This document shows, one piece after another, positions 36,322-47,861 of a DNA stretch of 64,000 bases. The notes below the pieces were generated by a model. That model was not told where the DNA came from and did not search any database. It saw only the letters and a program-made list of their open reading frames with translations. The stretch comes from Opitutia bacterium (GTDB lineage Bacteria; Verrucomicrobiota; Verrucomicrobiia; Opitutales; Opitutaceae). The translations under genes and the position numbers were made by a program. The DNA is taken from the NCBI GenBank assembly GCA_947478395.1, contig CANJVR010000005.1, positions 96,001 through 160,000 of the forward strand. The letters are read 5' to 3'. Positions within the stretch are counted from its first letter, which is position 1; every line of letters begins with the position of its first letter.

Positions 36322-36345
36322 GCGGGGTAAGGGCACGCCGCCTAC
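36322..36345 (-). repeat. GTAG-type REP, family REP3
   Basis: Reverse complement reads gtaggcggcgtgcccttaccccgc. Confidence 0.7.
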
Positions 36346-36472
36346 CGTCGTCATTACCTGTGCCGGCGAATGCGGCGCATCTTTCGCGGTCTCAGCATGG
36401 CAAAGCTGGAAACAGCGGCTCGCAGACCCGAGCCGGACCTTCAGGTCGGCGCCGATGAAACCACCTCACGCT

Positions 36473-37516
36473 TCATTCAACCCGAATGATCTTGGCCTTC
36501 TTGATCTTTGTGCTGCCGACACCGAGCGTTTCGGCAAACTCCAGCGTGCGAATCTCCTCGGAGATCGGCTCAAATCCACCCTGCTTGCGCGCCCGATCAA
36601 TGCGGTCGCGCATAAGGGCGTCGAGCATGACTGGATCCGTGCTCAGCCAGACGAGCGGTTCGGAATTGCTATAGAGCGAATTGAAAAATGGACCGCCGAT
36701 AAATTGGTAATGCTCCAAGCTGGTGAGGGTGAAAACCCATGTTTGGCGCAGCTCGGGAATGGCGCTCATCTCAGCCACCGCCGCGGGCGCGTTCGCCGGC
36801 GAGCGGAAGAAACGCGCGGTGTTCGAGGCGTTCCAGAGCGTCGCATTCACGAGTGAACCGTTAACCCCCAAGATCGGATGATCCGTGTAAACCGGCAGGT
36901 TGATCCAGAAATCGGCGTCAAAGAAAAGCGGCGTGGCCAGGAAGCTCTTGCGATCCTCATCCTTGGTTGAGCTGTTCGGAAAATCCTTCGTTTGGGATTC
37001 CGCGACGATGGGGTCGAAGCGCTGAGGGAGAGGACTGTCGTAAAACCAGGCCGGGTCGTAGAACCGACCCGATTCGAGCACATACACCTGATGGCCCTTG
37101 AACGGCGTTTCGCCGGTGACGAGCGATGGCAGATAGCCCGTCATGCGCAGGCGGAGCTGGTTGAGTCCCACGAGGAAAATATTCTCCGGAGCAAACCCCC
37201 GCTTTTCGAGCACGCTGATCACGGCCCTCACCAGCGGAATCGGCGTGGCCATGCCCGGACCGGAATCGGTGTAAATCTTCAGGCCGACCTTTTTCTTTTC
37301 GCCCGGGACGAGTTTCCGGCCCGTCGACGCCTCGAATTGCGCCAGCAGCGTGTCCACGCTGTGTTGGTAAGCGGTGGCAGAAAAGTCGGGGAGTTTCGAT
37401 TCCCACACGATCTCGCTGGGTGGCTTGACCACGGGGCCGTCGGCGGGCGCACCGATGGCGGCGGAGCACAACAGCAAGGTCGAAACCAGCAGCGTGGGAA
37501 CGGAAAAACAGCGCAT
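36473..37516 (-). CDS. DUF362-like secreted protein
   Basis: Signal peptide; KVGLKI, T...LVRAV, INLPV..DH...GV.G.L.N, STDPV.LDA pattern. Confidence 0.7.
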   Translation of the reverse strand: MRCFSVPTLLVSTLLLCSAAIGAPADGPVVKPPSEIVWESKLPDFSATAYQHSVDTLLAQFEASTGRKLVPGEKKKVGLKIYTDSGPGMATPIPLVRAVISVLEKRGFAPENIFLVGLNQLRLRMTGYLPSLVTGETPFKGHQVYVLESGRFYDPAWFYDSPLPQRFDPIVAESQTKDFPNSSTKDEDRKSFLATPLFFDADFWINLPVYTDHPILGVNGSLVNATLWNASNTARFFRSPANAPAAVAEMSAIPELRQTWVFTLTSLEHYQFIGGPFFNSLYSNSEPLVWLSTDPVMLDALMRDRIDRARKQGGFEPISEEIRTLEFAETLGVGSTKIKKAKIIRVE

Positions 37517-37684
37517 AGAGAGGTATTGGTCGCCCACAAAGGGCCAAAGTTTCCTGAATCAGCCGTGAAACTTGACAGCCACTCCGCCGGGTTGAAAGTC
37601 CATTCTTTTTTGTCCGTCACGGATTTCACCGTCCAGCCCGCCTATTAGTAGAGGGGTGTAAGACTCGCCCTCGTTCCACGTTCC

Positions 37685-39559
37685 ATGCCCGCCATCAAGC
37701 CCACCTGCATCCGCGACCTGAAATTACGGGTGAATCTTGCGGACGTGATTTCCCGGGTCGTTACCCTGCGGAAAGCCGGCGGCAGCCGATTGAAAGGGTT
37801 GTGCCCGTTTCACAACGAGAAGACCCCTTCGTTCAACGTTGATACCGACAAGGGCTTCTACAAGTGCTTCGGCTGCGGCAAGGCCGGAGACGCGATCACG
37901 TTTGTTCGCGAGACGGAACAGCTCAACTTTACCGAGGCCATCGAAGCCCTCGGCAAACGTTTCAACATCGTCATCGAATACGAGGAAGGTTCCGGCGGCC
38001 CCAGTCGAGAGGAGCGCTCACTGCGGCAGGAACTGTACGATCTGCACGACGCGGCCGCCGAGCATCTCCACCAGGCGTTCAAGGCCTCGGACGCGACCGG
38101 CGATTTCATGCGCAAGCTTTGGGTCGAACAGCGGCGCTTTCCCGCCGAGCTCGCGGACGAGTTCAAGATTGGCGCGGCCGACGCCGGCGGCAGCGGACTA
38201 GGCGCGGCACTATTGAAGAAAAAATTTTCCGAGGCCGCGCTGCGGCAGTGCGGTTTGTTTTTCGTCTACGACAACGCTGAGCTCACCTTGCACTCGCTCC
38301 GGCCGCGGTTTCGCGGGCGGTTGATGATTCCCATCCGCGATCATCAAAACCGCGTGGTGGCGTTCACCGCGCGCCAAACCGGGCTCACGCCGGAGGATGA
38401 CCCGGCGCGCGAAGCGAAATACGTCAACTCGCCCGAGACGCCGATTTTTACCAAGGGCAACTTGCTCTTCAACCTCGACCGCGCGCGCAGCCACGTTGGC
38501 GAGGGCAAGCCATTTGTGCTCGTCGAAGGCCAGCTCGATGCGATGCGTTGTTGGAGCGTCGGCTTGAAAACCGCGATCGCCCCCCAAGGCACGTCGATCA
38601 CCGAAGGCCAGCTCGTGCTGCTGCGCCGTTACCACACCCAAGTCGAGTGCTTCTTCGACAGCGACAGCGCCGGGCAAAAAGCCTCGCTGCGTTTTCTCCC
38701 GATGGCGCTGAAAGCCGGATTGGAAGTGCGATTCCTGACGCTCGCCGGCGCCGCCAAGGTGGACCCGGATTTGCTTTTTCTGGAACGCGGTTTGACCGCC
38801 TACGAAGAAGTTAAACGCAGTGGCCTGAGCGCGATGGAATTTCTCTGCCTTGCCGTCCTGCCCGAGCCCGGCAAGGCCTCCGCGGAACAGCGCGCCCGCG
38901 CGGCGGAATCAGTCGCGGAAACATTAGCGGCCAGCGAAAGCACCGCCACCCGCGCGAATCTCGCGAAGGAAGCGTCACGCTTCCTCTGGCTGGAACCAAA
39001 AATCGTGGAAGGGGAACTCGAGAAATTCCTCGCCCGCCAGGCCCGTCAAGCGGCCGGCCGGCCGCCAACGCAAAATTCGGAACCCCAGAACGAAAACGGT
39101 GGGCCGATGCAGCGGGATCACACTTCCGAGCGCGATCTGCTTTTGATTTGTCTGCATTTCGAGCCTCTCGGCAAACCCATCGGCGCTGCCCTGCCCCACG
39201 ATTGGATCGACACCGGCCACCTCGCCGGTGCGCTGCTCAACAAGTTCCTCGCCGAATTCGAGCACGACAGCTGGCCGGGTCGCGACCATCTCGACGGTCT
39301 GGTCGAAACCGCCGAGGAGAAAGCACTCGTGGCGGGCCTCCTGTTCGAAACCCCGAAAATGGACGATCCGGTGAAGGTGGCAGTCGAGGGTTTACGCCAG
39401 CTCCGCACCCGCGCGCTCGAGCCGCGCCTGCGCCAAATAGAACTTGCCTTGGCCAACCCCCGTGCGGACAGTGAATCTGACCCAATTTCCCTCTTGAAAG
39501 AACGTTCTGAACTGCAACGCCAGTTGCGCCAATCCATCACGCTCAACCTCGCCGGTTGA
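37685..39559 (+). CDS. dnaG: DNA primase
   Basis: CPFH.EKTPSF...CFGCG zinc domain; [31 protein letters not shown] (TOPRIM). Confidence 0.97.
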   Translation: MPAIKPTCIRDLKLRVNLADVISRVVTLRKAGGSRLKGLCPFHNEKTPSFNVDTDKGFYKCFGCGKAGDAITFVRETEQLNFTEAIEALGKRFNIVIEYEEGSGGPSREERSLRQELYDLHDAAAEHLHQAFKASDATGDFMRKLWVEQRRFPAELADEFKIGAADAGGSGLGAALLKKKFSEAALRQCGLFFVYDNAELTLHSLRPRFRGRLMIPIRDHQNRVVAFTARQTGLTPEDDPAREAKYVNSPETPIFTKGNLLFNLDRARSHVGEGKPFVLVEGQLDAMRCWSVGLKTAIAPQGTSITEGQLVLLRRYHTQVECFFDSDSAGQKASLRFLPMALKAGLEVRFLTLAGAAKVDPDLLFLERGLTAYEEVKRSGLSAMEFLCLAVLPEPGKASAEQRARAAESVAETLAASESTATRANLAKEASRFLWLEPKIVEGELEKFLARQARQAAGRPPTQNSEPQNENGGPMQRDHTSERDLLLICLHFEPLGKPIGAALPHDWIDTGHLAGALLNKFLAEFEHDSWPGRDHLDGLVETAEEKALVAGLLFETPKMDDPVKVAVEGLRQLRTRALEPRLRQIELALANPRADSESDPISLLKERSELQRQLRQSITLNLAG

Positions 39560-39602
39560 GCGTGTTTTGCCGTTTTTTCCGCTCCCTGTTTTCCATCCTC
39601 CC

Positions 39603-41471
<1,869 letters not shown>

Positions 41472-41524
41472 TCCGCCCGGAAGCGCAGACGTCCTTGTCT
41501 GCTCCGCTTCACGCGGTCGACGAA

Positions 41525-41929
41525 ATGAAAAACACCGCCTGCGCGCTCCCGCTGCTGGCGGTGTTTTTTTTATGTCCGGCCTGTCGCACGCCGCGCCCCT
41601 CAGCCAACGGTTCGCCCCCACTCGTCGGCGCCGCCCCAACTGCGGGTAGCATTCCATCGAAACCCTCCAACTCATTGCTCATCCCGAGTCCGCGCCGTCT
41701 TGTCGGGCGGATCATAGCGGTGGATTCCAACCACCACTTTGCCATCGTCGAATTGGCCACCAGCATTCCGAGCCTTGAATCTGACATCGAGCTGGTGGTA
41801 CGCGCCGATGACTTGCGCGAAACCGGCCGGTTGCGTTCGACCCGCCAACTACGCGGCCGCACGCTCGGCACTCAGGTCCTTTCCGGGGAACCTGCGCTGG
41901 GCGATGAAGTCGTTACCGCCGGTCCGTAA
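41525..41929 (+). CDS. Hypothetical lipoprotein
   Basis: MKNTACALPLLAVFFLCPAC lipoprotein-like signal; beta-rich C-domain (VGRIIAVD....FAIVEL, GEP..GDEV). Confidence 0.6.
   Translation: MKNTACALPLLAVFFLCPACRTPRPSANGSPPLVGAAPTAGSIPSKPSNSLLIPSPRRLVGRIIAVDSNHHFAIVELATSIPSLESDIELVVRADDLRETGRLRSTRQLRGRTLGTQVLSGEPALGDEVVTAGP
41528..41571 (+). terminator. Terminator-like hairpin downstream of rpoD, inside the 5' end of the lipoprotein ORF
   Basis: aaaaacaccgcc-17 nt-ggcggtgttttt plus further Ts. Confidence 0.6.
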
Positions 41930-42003
41930 ACGAGTGCGGTCCACCGCCGCAAAATCGCTTTCCCGCTTTACAGCTTCCAGCCTCGCCCTAGGTTTTCCCC
42001 ACT

Positions 42004-42234
42004 ATGACCGCTCTCCCCGCTATCTTCGCAGGCATCCTCGGCCTCGGTGCTCCCGAGCTTGTCGTGATCCTCATTATTATGCTCGTCCTTTTCGGGGGCG
42101 CCAAGCTCCCCTCTCTCGCCAAGGGCATCGGTCAATCCATCAAGGAATTCAAGAAAGCCGCCAAAGAAGGCGATGACGAAGCCAAGCCCGCGGAAAAGAA
42201 AGAGGAAGTTGCCAAGACGCTCGGCTCGAACTGA
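42004..42234 (+). CDS. tatA: Twin-arginine translocase TatA/E
   Basis: LG.PEL..IL....VLFGGAKLP.LAKGIGQSIKEFKKA. Confidence 0.95.
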   Translation: MTALPAIFAGILGLGAPELVVILIIMLVLFGGAKLPSLAKGIGQSIKEFKKAAKEGDDEAKPAEKKEEVAKTLGSN

Positions 42235-42260
42235 GTCGACCGACAACCTCCCGTCGCTCC

Positions 42261-42290
42261 AAGCGCGCCATCCGGCGCGCTTTTTTATTT
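42261..42290 (+). terminator. Terminator after tatA
   Basis: aagcgcgcc-atcc-ggcgcgctt followed by a T-tract. Confidence 0.8.
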
Positions 42291-44600
42291 TCCACCGCCG
42301 TCGACCGCCAATTCCTGGAGCCAGACGTCGAACTCCCGGATGTTCGCCGGCGCCCCTAGCGCAAGGAGCTCGTCCCCGGCCCGAAGAATTTCCGTGGCCC
42401 CCGGATTAAGAATGCGCAGCCCACCGCGCCGTAGCCCGGCGATCTGCGCGCCGTGACGTTGCGCGAGCCCGAGTTCATGCAGCGTACAGCCCACCGCACG
42501 GCTTTTCGCGGGAACCTGAATCACCTCCATGCGTACGTCTTCAAACAGCGAGTCCGCCACCGCGTCCCCTGAAACTGCCGACAGGATCGCTTTGCCGGAC
42601 TCCACCTGCTCCGGCGTGCCGAGAAGCAGCACCTTGTCCCGCGGATAAAACACGGCTTCCGGCGGCGGCAACGGAATCATGAAACCCTGACGCTCGATCC
42701 CGACCACGGCGCAACCGGCCCGATGGCGCAGCTCGAGCGTCGCGATGCTCTTGCCTTGGGAATCGGCGAGGTCAGGCAGCGTGCAATCCACCATCTTCAG
42801 ATTCCATTCCCCATGCGGCTGCAGCCACGGCGCCGCAGTCGACGTCATCCGATTGTCGCCCGTTTCGATCACGCTCTGCAACTCGGCCTCCAGCTGGCTG
42901 TGCCAGTAAATGAGTTTTTGCCGCAGCAGGACGAGCGCGATGGCCGCCACGCCCGCACTCGAAAGCAACAGCCAGCGCGCGGTGCCATCGGCGGGCAGGA
43001 TCGCCATAATCCAGAAGAAAAGCCCCGCGATCGCGGCGCCCTTCAGGGCATTTTCCACCACGGGGGCGAGCCGCGTGGCTTTCGGGTGACCGCGCGTCGA
43101 AACCTGCGCGTAGATCAAGGCTAGAGCCGAACAGTTTCGCCAGATCGCCACCATCGGCGCTAGGGCCAGCAGGCTCAGCGCGGTCCAGAAGACGATTTCC
43201 CGGCCGTGCACAAAACCCCAATCGCGCCCGAGCCAGTGCTCGACCGCGGCAAAGAGTTGCCCGGAAAAAACGAGCAGCCCGCTCACGAACAGCATCTCCA
43301 CGCCAATTTGCACAAACCGCTTTTTGCTCATCTGCCAAAGAATGCTGCGCTTTCGTTCTCGGCGGAGCCGTTCCAGCCACTCGTGATAATACCGCTGCCA
43401 GGGCTCGGTCCAGCGGGGCTGACGGGCCAGCACCCGCACCGCAATCCATTCGGAATGGCGCGTCAAAATAGGCGCGACCAGCGTCGTGAGCAAGGACACC
43501 CCGACGGCGAGCGGATAAAACCGGGGCTCAACCAGCGCCGCGCCCACGCCGAGTTGAACAATGATAAACGAAAATTCGCCGATCGGCGTCGCCGCAAGCC
43601 CGGCGCGCAGCGCATCTTTCGGCAGGGTCCCGGTCAAGATCAGCCCGGTCGCCACCGCCAGCGGTCGCGCCAGCAGCACAAACGCCGCGATCCCCGTGAT
43701 CAAACCGGCCTGCACCCACAATTGTCCCGGATCAATCTGCATCCCGATCGCGACAAAAAATACCGCGGTGAAAACATCCCGCATGCCGGCAAAAGTCCGC
43801 TCCACTTGATGCCGGTGCGGCGTCTCGGCCACGATCACCCCCAGCAAAAACGCGCCCAACGCCAGTGAGTAACCCGCGCGTTGCGCGATCACCGCCAGCC
43901 CGAAAAGCAATCCCGCCAGCCCGAGGGTCTGCAACTCCTCATCCGCAGCGATACTCATGCGCTTCAGCAACCATGGTATCAGTAGCAATCCGCCCACGCC
44001 CGCTAGGACCACAAAGGCACCGAGTCGCAGCAGCGTGGGTCCCACGGCCGCCGCCTGCACGCCGATCGCTCCGCCCATTTGCACGAGGGAACTCAACAGG
44101 GTCAGCATCACCACCGCGACGATGTCCTCCAACACCGCCACGCCCATCGCCAACTGGCCCGACCGCCCGTGGCTGGCTCCGGTTTCGTGCAAGATTTTCC
44201 CGATGATCGCCGAGGACGAGACCATCAGCATACCCGCCAGAAAGAGTCCCTGCGTCGTGCTCCAGCCCATGGCCGCGCCCAGCAAGCGCGCCAGATAATA
44301 CATCGCCAGCGCCCCCAATGCGGTTGCCAACAGCAGCCCCAATCCCATTCGGCGCAGACGGCGCACACTGAGGCCTAGGCCGATCGAAAACATCAAGAAA
44401 ACCAGCCCGACTTGCGCCAGCGCATCGATGCGCTCCAAGTCGGTCACGAGTGAAAACGGTGGGGTGTGCGGCCCGATCAACATGCCCGCGACCAGGAATC
44501 CAACGATCACCGAGAGCTTCAGGCGCTGACACACCCAGCCGACCACGCCGGCAGATACAAGGATCACCGCCAAATCCTGGATGAACAAAAAACCATGCAT
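42285..44600 (-). CDS. CPA2 cation:proton antiporter with two C-terminal RCK_C (TrkA-C) domains
   Basis: G.LIGP, FLMF.IGL, SSSAI, EDI, LGAFL.G, FFVAIGM, IGEFSFII; GKSI..L.LR...G..VV.I.R and G.TL.EL.L....G..I..LRR repeats. Confidence 0.9.
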   Translation of the reverse strand: MHGFLFIQDLAVILVSAGVVGWVCQRLKLSVIVGFLVAGMLIGPHTPPFSLVTDLERIDALAQVGLVFLMFSIGLGLSVRRLRRMGLGLLLATALGALAMYYLARLLGAAMGWSTTQGLFLAGMLMVSSSAIIGKILHETGASHGRSGQLAMGVAVLEDIVAVVMLTLLSSLVQMGGAIGVQAAAVGPTLLRLGAFVVLAGVGGLLLIPWLLKRMSIAADEELQTLGLAGLLFGLAVIAQRAGYSLALGAFLLGVIVAETPHRHQVERTFAGMRDVFTAVFFVAIGMQIDPGQLWVQAGLITGIAAFVLLARPLAVATGLILTGTLPKDALRAGLAATPIGEFSFIIVQLGVGAALVEPRFYPLAVGVSLLTTLVAPILTRHSEWIAVRVLARQPRWTEPWQRYYHEWLERLRRERKRSILWQMSKKRFVQIGVEMLFVSGLLVFSGQLFAAVEHWLGRDWGFVHGREIVFWTALSLLALAPMVAIWRNCSALALIYAQVSTRGHPKATRLAPVVENALKGAAIAGLFFWIMAILPADGTARWLLLSSAGVAAIALVLLRQKLIYWHSQLEAELQSVIETGDNRMTSTAAPWLQPHGEWNLKMVDCTLPDLADSQGKSIATLELRHRAGCAVVGIERQGFMIPLPPPEAVFYPRDKVLLLGTPEQVESGKAILSAVSGDAVADSLFEDVRMEVIQVPAKSRAVGCTLHELGLAQRHGAQIAGLRRGGLRILNPGATEILRAGDELLALGAPANIREFDVWLQELAVDGGGK

Positions 44601-44761
44601 AACGCCTAGAAGAAAAACGCGGTGAACGCGAAAAGCGTCAAGCGTCGCGCACAGGGACCCCGCTTTCTCTTGTTGTTTCCCTCGTTGACACCCGGAATCG
44701 CCGCCGATTCGTTTCCGTCGGCGGAGACGCCGCCACCCGCTTCGCTTTCGAGTATACCATC

Positions 44762-45775
44762 ATGGCCAACCTTCTCGGTTATTTCTCCAACGACATCGGC
44801 ATCGATCTCGGCACCGCCAACACGCTCGTTTACGTCAAGGACAAGGGCATCGTCCTGCGCGAGCCTTCCGTCGTCGCCCTCGACACCGTCACCCGCAAGG
44901 TCCGTGCCGTTGGCGACGAGGCGAAACGCATGTTGGGCCGCACCCCGGGCAACATCACCGCAATCCGCCCGATGAAAGACGGCGTCATCGCCGACTTCGA
45001 CGTCACCGAGGCGATGCTCCGCTATTTCATCCGCAAGGTTTCCAGCGGCTCCTTCCGCGCGCCGCCCCGCGTGGTCATCGCCATTCCCTCGGGCATTACC
45101 GAGGTGGAGAAGCGCGCCGTGAAAGACTCCGCACTCCACGCCGGCGCGCGCGACGTCATCACGATTCCCGAACCCATGGCCGCCGCGATCGGAGTCGGGC
45201 TCCCGATCGACGAGCCCGCCGCCAACATGATTGTCGACATCGGCGGCGGCACCACCGAGATCGCGATCATTTCGCTCAACGGCATCGTGTTTTCGAAATC
45301 CATCCGCGTCGCCGGCGACGAGCTCGACGCCGCAATGGTAAACTACATGAAGCGCGCCTACAATTTGCTCATCGGCGAGCGCACGGCGGAAGAAATCAAG
45401 ATGCGCGTCGGCTCCGCTTACCCCCTCGACGAGGAGCTCACGATGGAGGTCAAGGGCCGCGATTCCGTGGCTGGCCTGCCGAAGACGATTCATATCACTT
45501 CGCAAGAAATTCGCGAGGCCCTCGCCGACACGATTTCGGCGATCGTCGATGCTGTGCGCGTAACGCTGGAGCGCTGCCCGCCGGAGCTTTCCGCTGACTT
45601 GGTTGACCGTGGTTTCGTGATGGCCGGCGGCGGCGCTCTGATTCGCGGCATCGATAAATTACTCAGCGAAAAGACGGGGTTGCCGGTCACAATTTCGGAT
45701 GACCCGTTGTCAGCCGTCGCGAACGGCACTGGCGCGGTGTTGAACGATCTTTCGTGGCTGATGCAGAACGTGTGA
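44762..45775 (+). CDS. mreB: Rod shape-determining actin homolog MreB
   Basis: IGIDLGTANTL, RPMKDGVIADF, EPMAAAIG, VDIGGGTTE, IGERTAEEIK, AGGGAL. Confidence 0.98.
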   Translation: MANLLGYFSNDIGIDLGTANTLVYVKDKGIVLREPSVVALDTVTRKVRAVGDEAKRMLGRTPGNITAIRPMKDGVIADFDVTEAMLRYFIRKVSSGSFRAPPRVVIAIPSGITEVEKRAVKDSALHAGARDVITIPEPMAAAIGVGLPIDEPAANMIVDIGGGTTEIAIISLNGIVFSKSIRVAGDELDAAMVNYMKRAYNLLIGERTAEEIKMRVGSAYPLDEELTMEVKGRDSVAGLPKTIHITSQEIREALADTISAIVDAVRVTLERCPPELSADLVDRGFVMAGGGALIRGIDKLLSEKTGLPVTISDDPLSAVANGTGAVLNDLSWLMQNV

Positions 45776-45793
45776 GGCAAGGAAGCGCTGGCT

Positions 45794-46318
45794 GTGAATC
45801 GCTCCGAGGTAGGGCGCGTTATCCCTAACGCGCCGGTTGGACAAAAGCTCTCGCCTAGTCCCCCGCCGCAGCGCGAGCGCCTCCACCACACCGTCCCCAG
45901 CTGGGTCCCAGCCGGCGAAACCTACTTCATAACGATGTGCTGCGCCGAGCGGACGATCAACCAGCTCGCTACGCCGGCCGTTTTCAACGTGATGACGTGC
46001 GCGCTGGAACACTAAATTGCTCATGAAAAACTTTGGGCCACGCTGTTCCTCGCGATGCCAGATCATGTTCACAGCCTGATCTCATTTTCGCGGCAGGAAC
46101 GCATGGAAAAAGTCGTTCGCGATTGGAAGAGATTCGTAGCGAAGCAAACCGGCGTTCGCTGGCAGGACGGATTTTTCGACCATCGCCTGCGCAGCAACGA
46201 AAGCCTAGAAGAGAAATCGAACTACATTCGCCAGAATCCGATGCGAGCCGGCTTGGTTTCGGCGACTGAACCCTGGAAATATGTTTGGCCGTCGAGCGAT
46301 GTCGCTCCGGCGCGTTAA
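45794..46318 (+). pseudogene. REP-associated tyrosine transposase (RAYT, HUH/Y1), interrupted by an in-frame TAA at 46013-46015
   Basis: Joined frame: RLHH..P.WV...TYFIT.C...ALEH*IAHEK...MPDHVH (HUH)...WK...WQDGFFDHRLR....K.NYIRQNP.RAGLV.....W. Confidence 0.9.
45809..45835 (+). repeat. REP1, left flank of RAYT
   Basis: gtagggcgcgttatccctaacgcgccg. Confidence 0.92.
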
Positions 46319-46334
46319 GGATAACGCGCCCTAC
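46308..46334 (-). repeat. REP1, right flank of RAYT (inverted; contains the RAYT stop codon)
   Basis: cggcgcgttaaggataacgcgccctac. Confidence 0.92.
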
Positions 46335-46402
46335 CTTACTTTTTCCGTGTCATCCGCGTCTTCCGCAGGCAAACAATCCCGTTCCATCCGCCGCGACCCA
46401 TC

Positions 46403-47233
46403 GTGCCTTCCAAACGTTTCGACCAAGCCCACCCGTTTGTCGCCCTCGGGCTGATCGTCGCCGGGTGGCTGATCGTGCCCACGGTCATTAAGATTTTTTC
46501 CCGCGCCACGTTCTTCGAACTCACCGCACCCGTCAGCGTCGCCGCCTCCTACGCCGCGGATCTCCGCGAATACTGGGCGCTTCGCCTGCACTCGAACAGC
46601 GAACTCATCCAGGCGGGACGCGACCTCGCGAGACTCAACGCTTCCTACCACATCGCCGTGCAGCAAAACAACGATCTGCACGCGGAAGTCACCCGGCTCG
46701 AAAACGTGCTGCGCCTCCCGACCCTGCCCGGCTATCGCTACGAACCGGCACGCGTGGCCCGGCGCGATTTTTCCGGATGGTGGGAGCAACTGATTATTCG
46801 CAAAGGGCAAAATTTCGGCATCGCGGTCGGCGCGCCAGTGGTTTTCAGCGGTGGCGTCGTGGGCCGGATCAGCGAAGTCCACGCCTACACCGCCGTGGTC
46901 GAACTCATCAGCAGCCCAGGCGTCCGGCTCGCCGCCAGCATCGAGGGCGACGTGCGGCCCATCAGCTTCCAAGGCGTGCCCGACCAAACTTTTGGACCCG
47001 CGGGCGGCGTGATCGAGTTCGTCCCCCTCGATGTCGACGCGAGCAAGCTCCACCCCAAACGCCTCGTCACGTCGCCGTTTGGCGGCGTTTTTCCTCCCGG
47101 ACTTTTTATTGGCTCGGTCGTCAAGGTGGAGACCAGCACCGACGGACTTTTCAAAACGGGCGAAGTCCAGCTGGATGAACGTCTCAGCTCGCTCACGGAA
47201 GTCGCCGTGCTCATTCCTCAAAATCCCGAATGA
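46403..47233 (+). CDS. mreC: Rod shape-determining protein MreC
   Basis: TM anchor, coiled coil (L.AE..RLE..L), ARV..R, I.KG...GI..G.PV....GVVGRI, VTS..GGVFPPGL.IG.V. Confidence 0.93.
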   Translation: MPSKRFDQAHPFVALGLIVAGWLIVPTVIKIFSRATFFELTAPVSVAASYAADLREYWALRLHSNSELIQAGRDLARLNASYHIAVQQNNDLHAEVTRLENVLRLPTLPGYRYEPARVARRDFSGWWEQLIIRKGQNFGIAVGAPVVFSGGVVGRISEVHAYTAVVELISSPGVRLAASIEGDVRPISFQGVPDQTFGPAGGVIEFVPLDVDASKLHPKRLVTSPFGGVFPPGLFIGSVVKVETSTDGLFKTGEVQLDERLSSLTEVAVLIPQNPE

Positions 47234-47261
47234 GCCGCCGCGCCGCCCGTCGTTCGCCGCC

Positions 47262-47771
47262 ATGATCCGCACGCTCGCTGCCTTGTTCGTCACCCTTGTT
47301 CTCTGGGCCCTCGTGGCGCAACTGAACCACGAGCTCGCCGCGGTTCATGTTTATTTATTCGTCGGCGGACTGGTCGTCACGGCATCCGCCCTCGTATTGC
47401 CCCTGCGCTCCGGCCTGGCCGGTTCATTCTGCGGGGGCTTGGTATTCGACTCCGTCACGCCCGTGGCGTTCGGGACGCATGCACTCCTGTTTGCGACCGC
47501 TCACGCGTTTGTTTTTCATCTGCGGGATCGTCTGCCCCGTGATGATACCACGGGGCGGGTCGTAATCGCCCTGTGCTGCAATCTCGCGGTTTTCCTCGGA
47601 TTTTCTTTTTTGCAAATCTCGCGTTCGGCCGCGCCCGCTACGGCCTGGCCCCGACTGATCGCCGACTTGATCGCCTCGCAGCTTTTTCTGGCTTTGGTCG
47701 CGCCTTGGTTCTTCGCGCTTCAGCGCCAAGTGCTCATCTTCACCCAGACCGCGCCCGAGAGAATCCGCTGA
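47262..47771 (+). CDS. mreD: MreD-like membrane protein
   Basis: Small polytopic protein with GL..D.....FG..A; located between mreC and mrdA. Confidence 0.75.
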   Translation: MIRTLAALFVTLVLWALVAQLNHELAAVHVYLFVGGLVVTASALVLPLRSGLAGSFCGGLVFDSVTPVAFGTHALLFATAHAFVFHLRDRLPRDDTTGRVVIALCCNLAVFLGFSFLQISRSAAPATAWPRLIADLIASQLFLALVAPWFFALQRQVLIFTQTAPERIR

Positions 47772-47861
47772 TGGTCGCGCGCAATTCTGCTGGAAAAAGC
47801 GAGGTCGCACTGGCGTCCGGCGGTTTCCGCCCCTAAGTCTCAATTCGTTTCGTTCGCAGCC

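Noticed and set aside
46013..46015. Programmed read-through or recoding of the RAYT stop (and of the tag TGA)
   Set aside because: TAA is rarely recoded, other genes use standard stops, and tag has several independent lesions
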